A stretch of DNA of 64,000 bases from Eledone cirrhosa (taxonomy: Eukaryota). Positions 1 to 13,332 of the stretch are shown here, one piece after another. The notes beneath the pieces were generated by a model. The model searched no databases. It was not told the origin of the DNA and worked only from the letters and a program-made list of their open reading frames with translations. The stretch covers positions 342,860,001 through 342,924,000 of the forward strand of contig OZ024741.1 of the NCBI GenBank assembly GCA_964016885.1, written 5' to 3'. The first letter of the stretch is position 1. The number at the start of each line of letters is the position of its first letter. Position numbers and translations under genes: made by a program.

Positions 1-139
1 CACCACCACATATTTTAAAATCCTGTCAAATAATTCAACAAAAGCATACCACACAAAAAAGATCTACCCCACACCCCAGAGGTTTACAGAAGATGAAAAC
101 ATTTGTTGTTTCAAAATAAACAAATATTGTAGTAGGATA

Positions 140-640
140 TATATTTCTATTTATTTGCCACCAGGGCATGAAAGATTGGGACAAATACAAAGGGGGAGTT
201 TACATACATTTAAAAAGACGTGTAAAAAACATATAACACATTAAATTTAACAATCGATGTCCTCAATAGGGAGGGGCGTTGACATGGGTCGCACACACCC
301 CCGAAAAAAATGTGCAACCCTCCTCTTCAGAAGCACAAAGAGCGGGTGCTTCCTTCCTCTACTCATTCTTCTCCTCTCTCCCCTACAGGCTGATATAGAG
401 AGAAGGCCCATTCACTCGGGCCATTCTCGCTACTTTCACCCATCTTTCATAAAACTTGCTGGGGTAGAGCACCTCTCTCTCCATTCTGATCCTTCTTCTA
501 AAGTGGTACTTGAAAACAAAGACCAGTTGTTGGCCGGAGAGAAAGGTGTCTGACCTCAGCCCTTTCAACCTTGTCCACCATACAACTTCTTTCACCATGG
601 CTATCACACAGAGGAAAACCGCCTCTCCTTCGTTTTTGAA
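140..640 (-). mobile_element. 3' remnant of a non-LTR retrotransposon (probably L1/Tx1-like ORF2 C-terminus plus 3' UTR)
   Basis: ORF 383..607 reads AMVKEVVWWTR...FKYHFRRRIRMERE...FYERW, resembling L1/Tx1 ORF2 C-termini (recall-based); an A-rich end follows on the minus strand. Confidence 0.4.
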
Positions 641-859
641 AGGGGGAGGCGGTTTGATCGTAGTATGTATACAGATTGTTATTTAGTGTAGATACGATGT
701 GTTCAATTTTTTTATGCGTGGATAAGTAACAGAGAGAAATAGTATCATGGAGGATTTAGAAGATGTTGTGAGAGGGCATCTTGTGGTGTGAACTTCCAGT
801 TGGATAATCGGTGAGCCTTCTTATGCAGACAATGTATAAAAACTTCCGTCGTGGAGCTT

Positions 860-1332
860 CTAGCTTCTAGCTAGTTCTTTGGCTTCATTGTTAATAGAAT
901 TGTAAGTGTCAGTTTTAACCTTCTGGTAATTATTTGTTATATTGCTTATCATAAGTTGATCATATCTATCTGCATTTTCCTTAGTCTTGTCAGAGCAAAC
1001 AAAAATATTATTTGACGATCTAAATTTGTTATTATCTTTTATGAGGGTTTTTTGGAAGGAACTATGGTACTTACAGAACATTATGCTAGCTATTAAATCT
1101 AAGAGGTCGGCATCGAAGTCTGCTAAATCTTTAATTTGGGTGGGTACTTGTTTGACTTGAGGTTGAAACTTTCTGTGGTGGTAGTTGCCATATCTCCGCC
1201 AAAAAGCAGAGCCTTCCATCCTACCATCTCAATCTTTGTACCACAACCTTTCTCAAGTAGTATATTGGAGTAGGAGTAGTTAGTAGGTTTCGGTATGTTC
1301 TTGGAGGAGTAGTCTATCTCGTATATGCCCAT
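860..1332 (-). pseudogene. Frameshifted N-terminal remnant of a Penelope-like element ORF
   Basis: MGIYEIDYSSKNIPKP...WKALLF...FNLKSNKYPP / IKDLADFDADL...IFVCSDKT aligns with the N-terminus reconstructed at 12995-13360 (LKDIPLP, IR*RAFHF, FKSKRNPP, LSDFENDI, KSDKTNN). Confidence 0.8.
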
Positions 1333-2284
1333 TATATTGATATGTTTAGAATAATCCTTTAGTCTAAAGATTGCTCAACTATTCTGACTACTAAACCAAT
1401 CTTTCTTACTGGTATATGACAGACTTTGACACAAAAATCCACACTACGAGCAATATTCAACAGGTTTTCACTTAAAGGAGATGGCACACATTGTCCTATA
1501 TAAAATAAACGCATTTTCCGGCTTATTGGACGTACTAAAAAAACATAAAAATATGTTCCCTGCGTCCAATACGGCCGTATCACCGATGGGAGGCCGAACG
1601 GAGCATAAGGAAAATAATGATTTAAAAAATAGTTTGTATTACTATTAGTATAACTAATACAACTTATATAAGCAAAATTATGCCCCAAAATTTAATAAAT
1701 TTATGAAGAAACGTATTAAAATTCTTTCTTCTCAAAATGAGGAGGCATTCAGTAGGGAAGGACGTCAAATAGGCCAGCAAATACGGTAACTCGGAGGATT
1801 GTTCGGCTCGTCTAATGATGCAGAGCACGATTGTTAACGTGAACTGTTGCAAACTGCAGGGTTCAATAAAATAATGACACCTAGATCTCAAACCCCCACC
1901 CACACAAAAGTAGCACCAATGAAGGTGTCTCAGAATAGCCAGAACCCCGGTACTGCAACAGTTAAGAGTTTAAAAAATCCTATGAAAAAAAAAAAATGTG
2001 GTTGTGTGAAATCTATTGTATATGTGCAGTATGTTAAATTTCGCAGAGCTGGTGATAAAGTGTTAGAATTTGAGTGTATGGACCCGATATTGTTACATGG
2101 TGTTATGGTGAGGAATATTTATGTAACCGATATTTGAAATAAAATCTGTTAATGTGAACTTATTCACAGTGCTATCTGGAGACCTGGAGGGCTTTGTTTC
2201 CAAAAAGAGAGTAAATACTTTTTGAAATGCAAGCAAATTGTTCGAATAATTAGAAACCTCAACGTCGAAACTGACGGAGGTCCA

Positions 2285-2665
<381 letters not shown>

Positions 2666-2780
2666 ATATAATTGAATACACGTAAGTTAGGACGTACACG
2701 TACATAAATACACCAATTACAATGTGCGAAAATCAATGTTCCAATCAGTACTGTCAAAGTTATTCACATCAACCTCATCT

Positions 2781-5700
2781 TCCACCACCACCACCACCAC
2801 CACCACCACCACCACCACCACCACCATCATCACCACCACCACCAGCACCACTACAAGCAACAGCAACATAACCCACATCAATACTGCTACCCCTGCCGCC
2901 GCCATCACCACCATCACAATTACCACCATCTTCACAACAACCCACCATCACCTACATCAACAACAACAACAGCAATAACAGCACTAACCCCAAACCCACA
3001 AAATCCTTCCACTGCTATTAAATCACAGATATTTCTCCTTCATTAAGACCACCACCATCACCACCATCACCACCATCACCACCATCACCACCAACACAAT
3101 CACCACTTAACTACCATGACCCCAGCTACCATCACCACCAACACAATACCACCACTAACACAATCAACGCCATCACTACCGCAACCACCATCACCACTTA
3201 ACTACCATGATCCCAGCCACCATCATCACCATCACCACTAACACAATCAGCACCATCACCACCATCACCACTATAACTACCATCACCACCAACGCAATCA
3301 CCACTATAACTACCATCACCACCAACACAATCACCACTATAACTACCATCACCACCATCACCACCAACACAATCACCACTATAACTACCATCACCACCAT
3401 CACCACCATCACCACCACCAAACACCATCACCACCATCGCCACCATCACCACCACCACCACCACCAACAACACCATCACCACCATCGCCACCATCACCAC
3501 CACCACCACCAACAACACCATCACCACCATCGCCACCATCACCACCATCACCACCACCACCAACACCATCACCACCATCACCACCATCGCCACCATCACC
3601 ACCATCACCATCACTACCATCACAATCACCACCACCATTAAGGTACGACCACAGTAATCACCACAACAATCATCGCCGAGAGTACTACCATTGCTACCAC
3701 CAGTACTAGCACTAATGCCATCACTGTTACCACGAGTACCCTCAATACCACTACCAATACCATCCTCGCCTGGATGACTCCGATCACCACCATTGCCAAC
3801 ACCAATTATAAGAATAACTGAAAGGAACTAAAATCCTTCTTCTTCTTCTTCTTCTTCTTCTTCTTCTTCTTCTTCTTCTTCTTCTTCTTCTTCTTCTCCT
3901 CCTCCTCCTCCTCCTCTCCCCTCTTCTTCTTCTTCTTCTTCTTCTTCTTCTTCTTCTTCTTCTTCTTCTTCTTCTTCTTCTTCTTCTTCTTCTTCTTCTT
4001 CTTCTACTACCCCCCTCCTTCCTCCCTCACCACCATCTCCTCCTCCCCCACCTTCCCTCCTCATACTGCCCTTCCCCTCTAATCCTTACAAACACCCACG
4101 CCTATCATTTACATCTACTATTGCTTAATTTCGCCCCCTCTCCCTCCCCCTTTACCCATTCCCCAGAAACAATCACTGTCAAAAAGCCAGAACCAATATT
4201 ACCAATTACCATTTACCAATCACCAATGCCATCACCACCACCAACAACCCTACCAACAGCAATAGCAACACCAGCATCACCAGCATCCCCACCACCATCA
4301 CCACCGCCAGCACCACAATTGCTATAATAACCACTAGTAAAATTTACCAGTTATCACACAACCACCATCATCATCCCCATCACCAACAACACCAATAACA
4401 ACATCACCACCACCACAATCACCACGAACACCAATAACAACACCACCACCACCAACACCAATAACAACATCACCACCACCACTACCATCACCACCAACAA
4501 CAATAACAACATCACCACCACCACCACCACCAACACCAATAATAACATCACCACCACCACCACCATCACCATCAACACCAATAACAACATCACCACCACC
4601 ACCACCATCACCACCAACACCAATAACAACATCACCACCACCACCACTACCACCAACACCAATAACAACATCACCACCACCTCAACCACCATCACCACCA
4701 ACACCAATAACAACACCACCACTACCTCAACCACCACCACCACCAACACCAATAACAACATCACCACCACCACCATCACCACCAACACCAATAACAACAC
4801 CACCACCACCTCAACCACCACCACCACCAACACCAATAACAACATCACCACCACCACCATCACCACCAACACCAATAACAACACCACCACCACCTCAACC
4901 ACCACCACCACCAACACCAATAACAACATCACCACCACCACCACCACCACCACCACCAACACCAATAACAACATCACCACCACCTCAACCACCACCACCA
5001 CCAACACCAATAACAACATCACCACTACCACCACCATCACAACCAACACCAATAACATCACCACCACCACCACCACCACCACCACTACCACCAACACCAA
5101 TAACAACATCACCACCACCTCCACCAACACAACCATCACCTACACCACCACCACCACCACCACCATCACCACCAACACCAATAACAACATCACCAGCACC
5201 TCCACCAACACAACCACCACCTACACCACCACCACCACCACCACCACCAACAACACCAATAACAACATCACCACCACCTCCACCAACACAACCATCACCT
5301 ACACCACCACCACCACCAATAACAACATCACCACCACCTCCACCAACACAACCATCACCTACACCACCACCACCACCACCACCATCACCACCAACACCAA
5401 TAACAACATCACCACCACCTCCACCAACACAACCACCACCTACACCACCACCACCACCATCACCACCACCACCACCAACACCAATAACAACATCACCACC
5501 ACCTCCACCAACACAACCATCACCTACACCACCACCACCACCACCAACACCAATAACAACATCACCAGCACTACCACCAACACAACCACCACCAACACAA
5601 CCACCACCTACACCACCTACACCACCACCACAATTGCTATAATAACCACTAGCAACATTACCAGTTTTCATACCACCGCCATCTACCACTCATCCCCCAC

Positions 5701-8642
5701 CATCACCACCACCAACACCACCACAACTACCACTACCACTACCACTACCACCACCACCACCACCACTAATGCTCCCACACCTCTACCTCTACTACCTCTA
5801 CCGCCATTAACGCCACCACCATTACCACCACCAACACCGCCGTCCCCACCGTCCCCACCTCCGCCAACAACACAACCACCACCAACACAACCACCACCTA
5901 CACCACCACCACAATTGCTATAATAACCACTAGCAACATTACCAGTTTTCATACCACCGCCATCTACCACTCATCCCCCACCATCACCACCACCAACACC
6001 ACCACAACTACCACTACCACTACCACCACCACCACCACCACCACCACTAATGCTCCCACACCACTACCTCTACTACCTCTACCGCCATTAACGCCACCAC
6101 CATTACCACCACCAACACCGCCGTCCCCACCGTCCCCACCTCCGCCAACAACACCACCACCACTACCACTACCACCACCTCTACCATAACCACCATAAAA
6201 CCAGCTCCATCACAACTAACACCACCACCACCACCACAACCAACAACAACAACAAAAACAGCAACAACACCAGTACAGGCAACATCTCCAACATCAATAC
6301 CAGTTCCACTACCATCACCACCACCACCACCAACACTAACACCATCCCCACCACCACCGCCGCCACCAACACCACCACCACCAACAACAACACTAACACC
6401 ATCCTCACCACCACCGCCGCCACCACCAACACCACCACCAACACTAACACCATCCCCACCACCGCCGCCACCAACACCACCACCACCACCAACAACACTA
6501 ACACCATCCTCACAACCACCGCCGCCACCACCACCACCACCACCAACACTAACACCATCCCCACCACCACCGCCGCCACCACCACCATCACCACCAACAT
6601 CACCATCACCAGCACCACCACCACCGCCGCCACCATCCCCAGTTAAACCATTATTATTCTCACTAAACTCACACGAGCACCAATCACCAATTACCAGCTA
6701 CTAACTAGTTTAACAAAATCCACCATCACCAGCACCACCACCACCACCACCACCAACATCACCACCACCACCACCAGCACCACCATCACCACCAACATCA
6801 CCATCACCAGCACCACCACCACCATCACCAGCACCACCACCACCACCACCACCAACATCACCATCACCACCACCAGCACCACCATCACCAGCACCACCAC
6901 CACCACCAACATCACCACCACCACCACCAACATCACCATCACCAGCACCACCACCACCATCACCATCACCAGCACCACCACCACCACCAACATCACCATC
7001 ACCAGCACCACCACCACCACCGCCACCAACATCACCATCACCAGCACCACCACCACCACCAACATCACAACCACCACCACCGCCACCAACATCACCAGCA
7101 CCAGCACCACCACCACCACCGCCACCAACATCACCAGCACCAGCACCACCACCACCACCAACATCACAACCACCACCACCACCACCACCAACATCACAAC
7201 CACCACCACCGCCACCAACATCACCAGCACCAGCACCACCACCACCACCGCCACCAACATCACCATCACCAGCACCAGCACCACCACCGCCACCAACATC
7301 ACCATAACCAGCACCAGCACCACCGCCACCAACATCACAACCACCACCACCACCACCAACATCACCATCACCAGCACCACCACCACCACCACCAACATCA
7401 CAACCACCACCACCGCCACCAACATCACCAGCACCAGCACCAGCACCACCACCACCAACATCACAACCACCACCACCGCCACCAACATCACCATCACCAG
7501 CACCAGCACCACCACCACCAACATCACAACCACCACCACCACCACCAACATCACCATCACCAGCACCACCACCACCACCACCAACATCACAACCACCACC
7601 ACCACCACCAACATCACCATCACCAGCACCACCACCACCACCACCAACATCACAACCACCACCACCGCCTCCAACATCACCAGCACCAGCACCAGCACCA
7701 CCACCACCAACATCACAACCACCACCACCACCACCAACATCACCATCACCAGCACCACCACCACCACCACCAACATCACAACCACCACCACCGCCACCAA
7801 CATCACCAGCACCAGCACCAGCACCACCACCACCACCACCACCAACATCACCATCACCAGCACCACCACCAACACCACCAACATCACAACCACCACCACC
7901 GCCACCAACATCACCAGCACCAGCACCACCACCACCACCACCAACATCACAACCACCACCACCGCCACCAACATCACCAGCACCAGCACCACCACCACCA
8001 CCAACATCACAACCACCACCCCCACCACCAACATAACAACCACCACCACCGCCACCAACATCACCAGCACCAGCACCACCACCACCACCAACATCACAAC
8101 CACCACCACCACCACCAACATCACCATCACCAGCACCCCCACCACCACCACCAACATCACAACCACCACCACCGCCACCAACATCATCATCACCAGCACC
8201 ACCACCACCAACATCACAACCACCACCACCGCCACCAGCATCACCATCACCAGCACCAGCACCACCACCACCAACATCACAACCACCACCACCGCCACCA
8301 ACATCACCATCAACACCACCATCACCACCACCACCAACATCACAACCACCACCACCGCCACCAACATCACCATCACCAGCACCAGCACCACCACCACCAA
8401 CATCACAACCACCACCACCGCCACCAACATCACCATCAACACCACCATCACCACCACCACCACCATTTACAGCAACAACAACATTTGTACATAGCATCAA
8501 CTACACTAACAACGTCAACATTACAAACACCAGTACCAGCATCACCACCAGCATCACCACCACCACCACCACCACCACCACCACCAGCACCAGTACCACC
8601 ACCACCAGCACCACCACCACCACCAGCACCACCACCACCACC

Positions 8643-8673
<31 letters not shown>

Positions 8674-8879
8674 GCACCACCACCACCACCACCACCACAA
8701 CCACCACCACCACCACCACAACCACCACCACCACCACCACCACCACCACCACCACCACCACCACCACCACCACCACCACCAGCACCAGTACCACCACCAC
8801 CAGCACCACCACCACCACCAGCACCACCACCACCACCACCAGCACCACCACCACCACCAGCACCACCACCACCACCACC

Positions 8880-8910
<31 letters not shown>

Positions 8911-8939
8911 CAACCACCACCACCACCACCACAACCACC

Positions 8940-8970
<31 letters not shown>

Positions 8971-9317
8971 CCACCACAACCACCACCACCACCAGCACCA
9001 GTACCACCACCACCACCACAACCACCACCACCACCACCACCACCACCACCACCACCACCACCACCACCACCACCACAACCACCACCACCAGCACCACCAC
9101 CACCACCACCACAACCACCACCACCACCACCACCACCACCACCACCACCACCACCACCACCACCAGCACCAGTACCACCACCACCAGCACCACCACCACC
9201 ACCAGCACCACCACCACCACCACCAGCACCACCACCACCACCACCAGCACCACCACCACCACCAGCACCACCACCACCACCACCACCACAACCACCACCA
9301 CCACCACCACAACCACC

Positions 9318-9348
<31 letters not shown>

Positions 9349-9480
9349 CCACCACCTCCATCACCACCACCACAACCACCACCACCACCACCACCACCAC
9401 CACCACCACCACCACCACCACAACCACCACCACCACCACCACCACCACAACCACCACCACCACCAGCACCAGTACCACCA
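2781..9480. repeat. ~6.7 kb degenerate (CCA)n-based trinucleotide array with higher-order units, interrupted by (CTT)n at ~3835-4004
   Basis: Seen directly: cca/tca/aca/gca triplets; explains the poly-Pro/Thr/His/Val/Gly ORFs. Confidence 0.95.
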
Positions 9481-9517
9481 TCAATGAGCAACAACTATAA
9501 CTATCAAGTACCATTAG

Positions 9518-9685
9518 ATAGATTGGAAGTACGGTAGAACATCGGGCAATATGTTTTGCGGCATATAGTTATGTCACTTAACATCTCGAGTTCAAATCCC
9601 ACCGAGTATAGTTTTGCCTTTCATCCTCACGGAGAAAATAAAGTACCAGTAACGCACTGGGGTCGATTTGATCAACCTACCCCCT
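9518..9685 (+). mobile_element. tRNA-derived SINE family A (diverged)
   Basis: gagttcaaatccc (box B) ... gcctttcatcct ... aaataaagtaccagt body shared with many copies in this window. Confidence 0.75.
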
Positions 9686-10151
9686 CCTCTTCGTCGGAAC
9701 AATCATTATAACTATAATTATAACTAACGTATTTCGCGGCACAGAAGACGCTTCGTCCTCGAGGACGCACCCTAATTTTGACAACCAGGACGCATGGTAG
9801 CAACATGAAATAAAGGGTCTTGTTCAAGGACACAACACACCACCCGGTCAGTCAGGAACGCAAGAAAACTGAAATATATTTGGCAGAGGAGAGACTGTAA
9901 GAAAACGACACACTGCGCTGAAAACCATACAGACGAGAGACAGTGTGACCAACTACTTGGATACCTTATGTCTGTTCGATCAGAAGTAACCTGGGATTAA
10001 TAGACAAAAACAATAACAACACTACTATCAAACATACCAAGAATTCCACCTCGCCACCAGCACCAACAACAACAATCCCAAGAAATTATCATCAGCACAA
10101 ATCAGCAAAAAGCCGTCAAGGGAGCCCTTATGTAACCGATGGATCTGATAT

Positions 10152-10367
10152 TAATGGTTTCTGATTTAGGCACAGTGCCAACAATTTTTTGGGTGAGGGT
10201 GAAGTCGATTAAATCAACGCCATTACGTGGTATTTTATTTTATCGACCTCGTAAGGATGAAAGGCAAAACTAACTTCGGCAGATTTGAACTCAGAATGGA
10301 AAGGGACGTAACTATACGCCGCAAATCATGGTGTCCGACGCTTTAGTGATACTGACAATCCACCACC
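10152..10367 (-). mobile_element. SINE family A
   Basis: Reverse complement of the family consensus. Confidence 0.85.
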
Positions 10368-10382
10368 CTTGGATCTAATATA

Positions 10383-10597
10383 AATGGTTTCTTATATAGG
10401 CACAAGGCCAGCAATTTTGGGAGAGGGGAAAGTCGATTAAATCGAACCCAGTGCGTGACTGGTACTTTATTTTATCGACCCCGTAAGGATGAAAGGCAAA
10501 GTTAACCTCGGCAGGATTTGAACTCAGATCATAGATTTGAACTCGATGCTGCAAAGCATGGCGTCCGACCCTCTACCGATACTGCCAATCCACCGCC
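10383..10597 (-). mobile_element. SINE family A (tandem with previous copy)
   Basis: Reverse complement of the family consensus; flanked by ggatctaatat repeats. Confidence 0.9.
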
Positions 10598-10829
10598 GAC
10601 CTCTTGGATCTAATATTAATAACAACAAAACCACACTCAAGTCACGCCACTAATTCCTTAACAGCTGGTTATGGCTGCTACACATTTGATCATTGGTCAG
10701 AGCGATCAGAGTTGACCCGTTGGTAAACCACAACAACAGCAACATGCCTATTACTTCTAAAACCCACAATATCAACACCAAGTCTAACATCAGTAACACA
10801 CGAAGACTCCCATCGATCACAAATGACCA

Positions 10830-11125
10830 TGGGATTTGCACCTAGAAAGTTTCCCTCCGAGACACAAGTCCGTGCAAGGTTGTTTGTGGAAGACCAGCAG
10901 TCAGCCATGCATACCAGCCTCCCCTCTCCATGCCACCAATGATATCCAAGGGAAAGGCTATGGCCTATACAGTAACGTTGCAACTCATTTCTACACCTGA
11001 GTAAATTGGAAAAACGTTAAATAAAGTATCTTGCTCAAGGACACAACGCATCACGCGGTCCGAGAATCGAACTGACAACCTTTCGATTGCAAGTCCAATG
11101 TTCTAACCACTAAGCTATGCGCCGT
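10830..11125 (-). mobile_element. tRNA-derived SINE family B (CORE-like body)
   Basis: Minus strand has gcttagtggttag...agttcgattc followed by gtgtccttgagcaagatacttt. Confidence 0.75.
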
Positions 11126-11139
11126 CACAGTAACACCAA

Positions 11140-11711
11140 CACTAACAATAACCACAGCCGCCTGCATCGCAATCACCACAATCAAACCCTCCAACACCAC
11201 CATCACCACCACCACCACCACCACCATCATCACCACCATCACCACCGTCACCACCACCACCACCATCACCACCATCACAACCACGACCACCACCACGACG
11301 ACGACGACGACGACGACCACCACCACCACCACCACCACCACCATCACCACCGTCACCACCACCACCATCACCACCACCACCACCACCAACACCACCACCA
11401 CCACCACCACCACCACCATCATCACCACCGTCACCACCACCACCACCATCACCACCACCATCACCACCACCACCACCACCACCAACACCACCACCACCAC
11501 CACCACTAACACCACCGTGTAGGTGGTGTTTGTGTTCTTTGTGTAGCAACAAAAACATCGACATCAACAACAGTATAAACAACAACAACAGCGACAATAT
11601 CAACAACATTAATAACATCAAAAACATCAACAACAACAACAGTAACAACAACAACCAACAGTAACAACAACCAACAGTAACAACAACAACAACAACAACA
11701 ACAACAACGGT

Positions 11712-11746
<35 letters not shown>

Positions 11747-11750
11747 CGGT

Positions 11751-11790
<40 letters not shown>

Positions 11791-12172
11791 GCAGTAACAA
11801 CAACAACAACAACAGCAACAACGGTACCAACAACAACAGTATCAACAACAACAACAACAACAACAGCAACAACAACAGTACCAACAACAACAACAACAAC
11901 AACAACAGTACCAACAACAACAACAGTAACAACACCAACAGTACCAACAACAACAGTATCAACAACAACAGTATCAACAACAACAACAACAACAACAACA
12001 GTAACAACAACAACAGTACCAACAACAACAACAGTATCAACAACAACAACAACAGCAACAACAACAACAGTACCAACAACAACAGTACCAACAACAACAA
12101 CAGTATCAACAACAACAACAACAACAGCAACAACAACAACAGTACCAACAACAACAACAGTACCAACAACAG
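11140..12172. repeat. (CCA)n tract followed by a (CAA)n-based Thr-codon tract
   Basis: Seen directly. Confidence 0.9.
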
Positions 12173-12600
12173 AAGATGTCGGTGCTAAATCGACCTCATG
12201 TAAGTACGAGCCTGTAGGCAATAGCTTTCATTTTAGCTTCCAAAGCAAACATGGTTGAATTGTGGTAGGTATTCACATGGAAATTATTTACACTCGGTAT
12301 CACACTATCGATTATGTGTTTATACAGATGTAGGATATAACAACATGAAACTAGGTCTATCTGGTGGATATCTGTATTACCAACATACTACTGTTTCTAT
12401 ACATAGATCTACTCTACTCTCTTGCATAGCATTGCATTGCTATGTTCTGTTCTGTAGCTGATATATGTAGTATAATGTTACTAACTAGAAAATCAATTAC
12501 ATATGTACGTACACACATACATATGTACATACACACAGACACACATGCGCGCGCACACACACACACATACACACACACACACACACATATTCTTCTTTTT

Positions 12601-12951
12601 CTTCCTTTTCTTCGTTTTGTCTTTCTTTCTTTTTTCTCTCTTTCTTTCTCTCTGTATAAATTTTCACTGCTAGCGTAAACCTCTTCAAATGAAGTCGGTG
12701 TTTATTACGGTATGTCGAATCTATTTATCTATAAAACTGTTTATATTGTATTTTGTCTGATGAAGGCATAGCATATTGTTAATATGATATCCCCGAAATA
12801 TATATAATGAAATAAATATGGTTTTATAAATATAGTTTTCCATTTATTTAATATTGTAAATATACTCCAAGTATTTGTCGAGTGCTTTTATATCAGTTAT
12901 AAATATTTACTAGTTGTAACCCAACAATTTTAAATATAACTTTACATGTAT
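12601..12951 (+). repeat. 5' pseudo-LTR of the PLE
   Basis: Matches 16491-16841 (offset 3890), no differences seen by eye. Confidence 0.92.
12749..12814 (+). ncRNA. Type-I hammerhead ribozyme (family A)
   Basis: tattttgt-CTGATGA-stem II hairpin-GAAA-tatata-TA^-atgaaata. Confidence 0.85.
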
Positions 12952-12994
12952 CTTGCTCCAATACTGTTGAGCGCTTTATATTATAACTGGAAAA

Positions 12995-13332
12995 ATGGGA
13001 TTCTTTAAGATTACTTCCACTTAAAAGACATACCTCTACCTAGAAACAAAGACTTTGTAAAACAATTAATAGATAAATCTGACTCTTTTATAAGGAGAAT
13101 CAGGTAGCGTGCATTCCACTTTGATAAATCTAATGCAGACGAAAATATCTCGGACTTAAACAAAGTTTTCAAATCTAAAAGAAATCCACCCCCTAACAAA
13201 CTTTTATCTGACTTTGAAAACGATATAATTTCTATCATACAAGGGGTCAAATTCAAGAGAAACTTTAAAGGCCAGGAATATCTGAAAGGCATTAAGGATA
13301 ACATTGAGAGCTTAGAGAAAACTGAGAAGATC
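12995..13332 (+). pseudogene. Disrupted N-terminus of the PLE ORF
   Basis: ATG at 12995 (MGFFKI), a 1-nt frameshift near 13012, then LKDIPLPRN...IRRIR*RAF in frame with 13333; TAG at 13105-13107 replaces a conserved Trp. Confidence 0.75.

Noticed and set aside
1350-1975. Possible piggyBac-like end near ttaa at ~1970
   Set aside because: No matching second TIR identified
8485-9537. 350-aa poly-proline ORF resembling formin FH1 or extensin
   Set aside because: Pure (CCA)n-derived sequence open in several frames on both strands; no flanking domain
13105-13107. In-frame stop as possible selenocysteine recoding, as in Naiad PLEs
   Set aside because: The codon is TAG at a Trp position and the EN is C-terminal, so simple mutation is more likely
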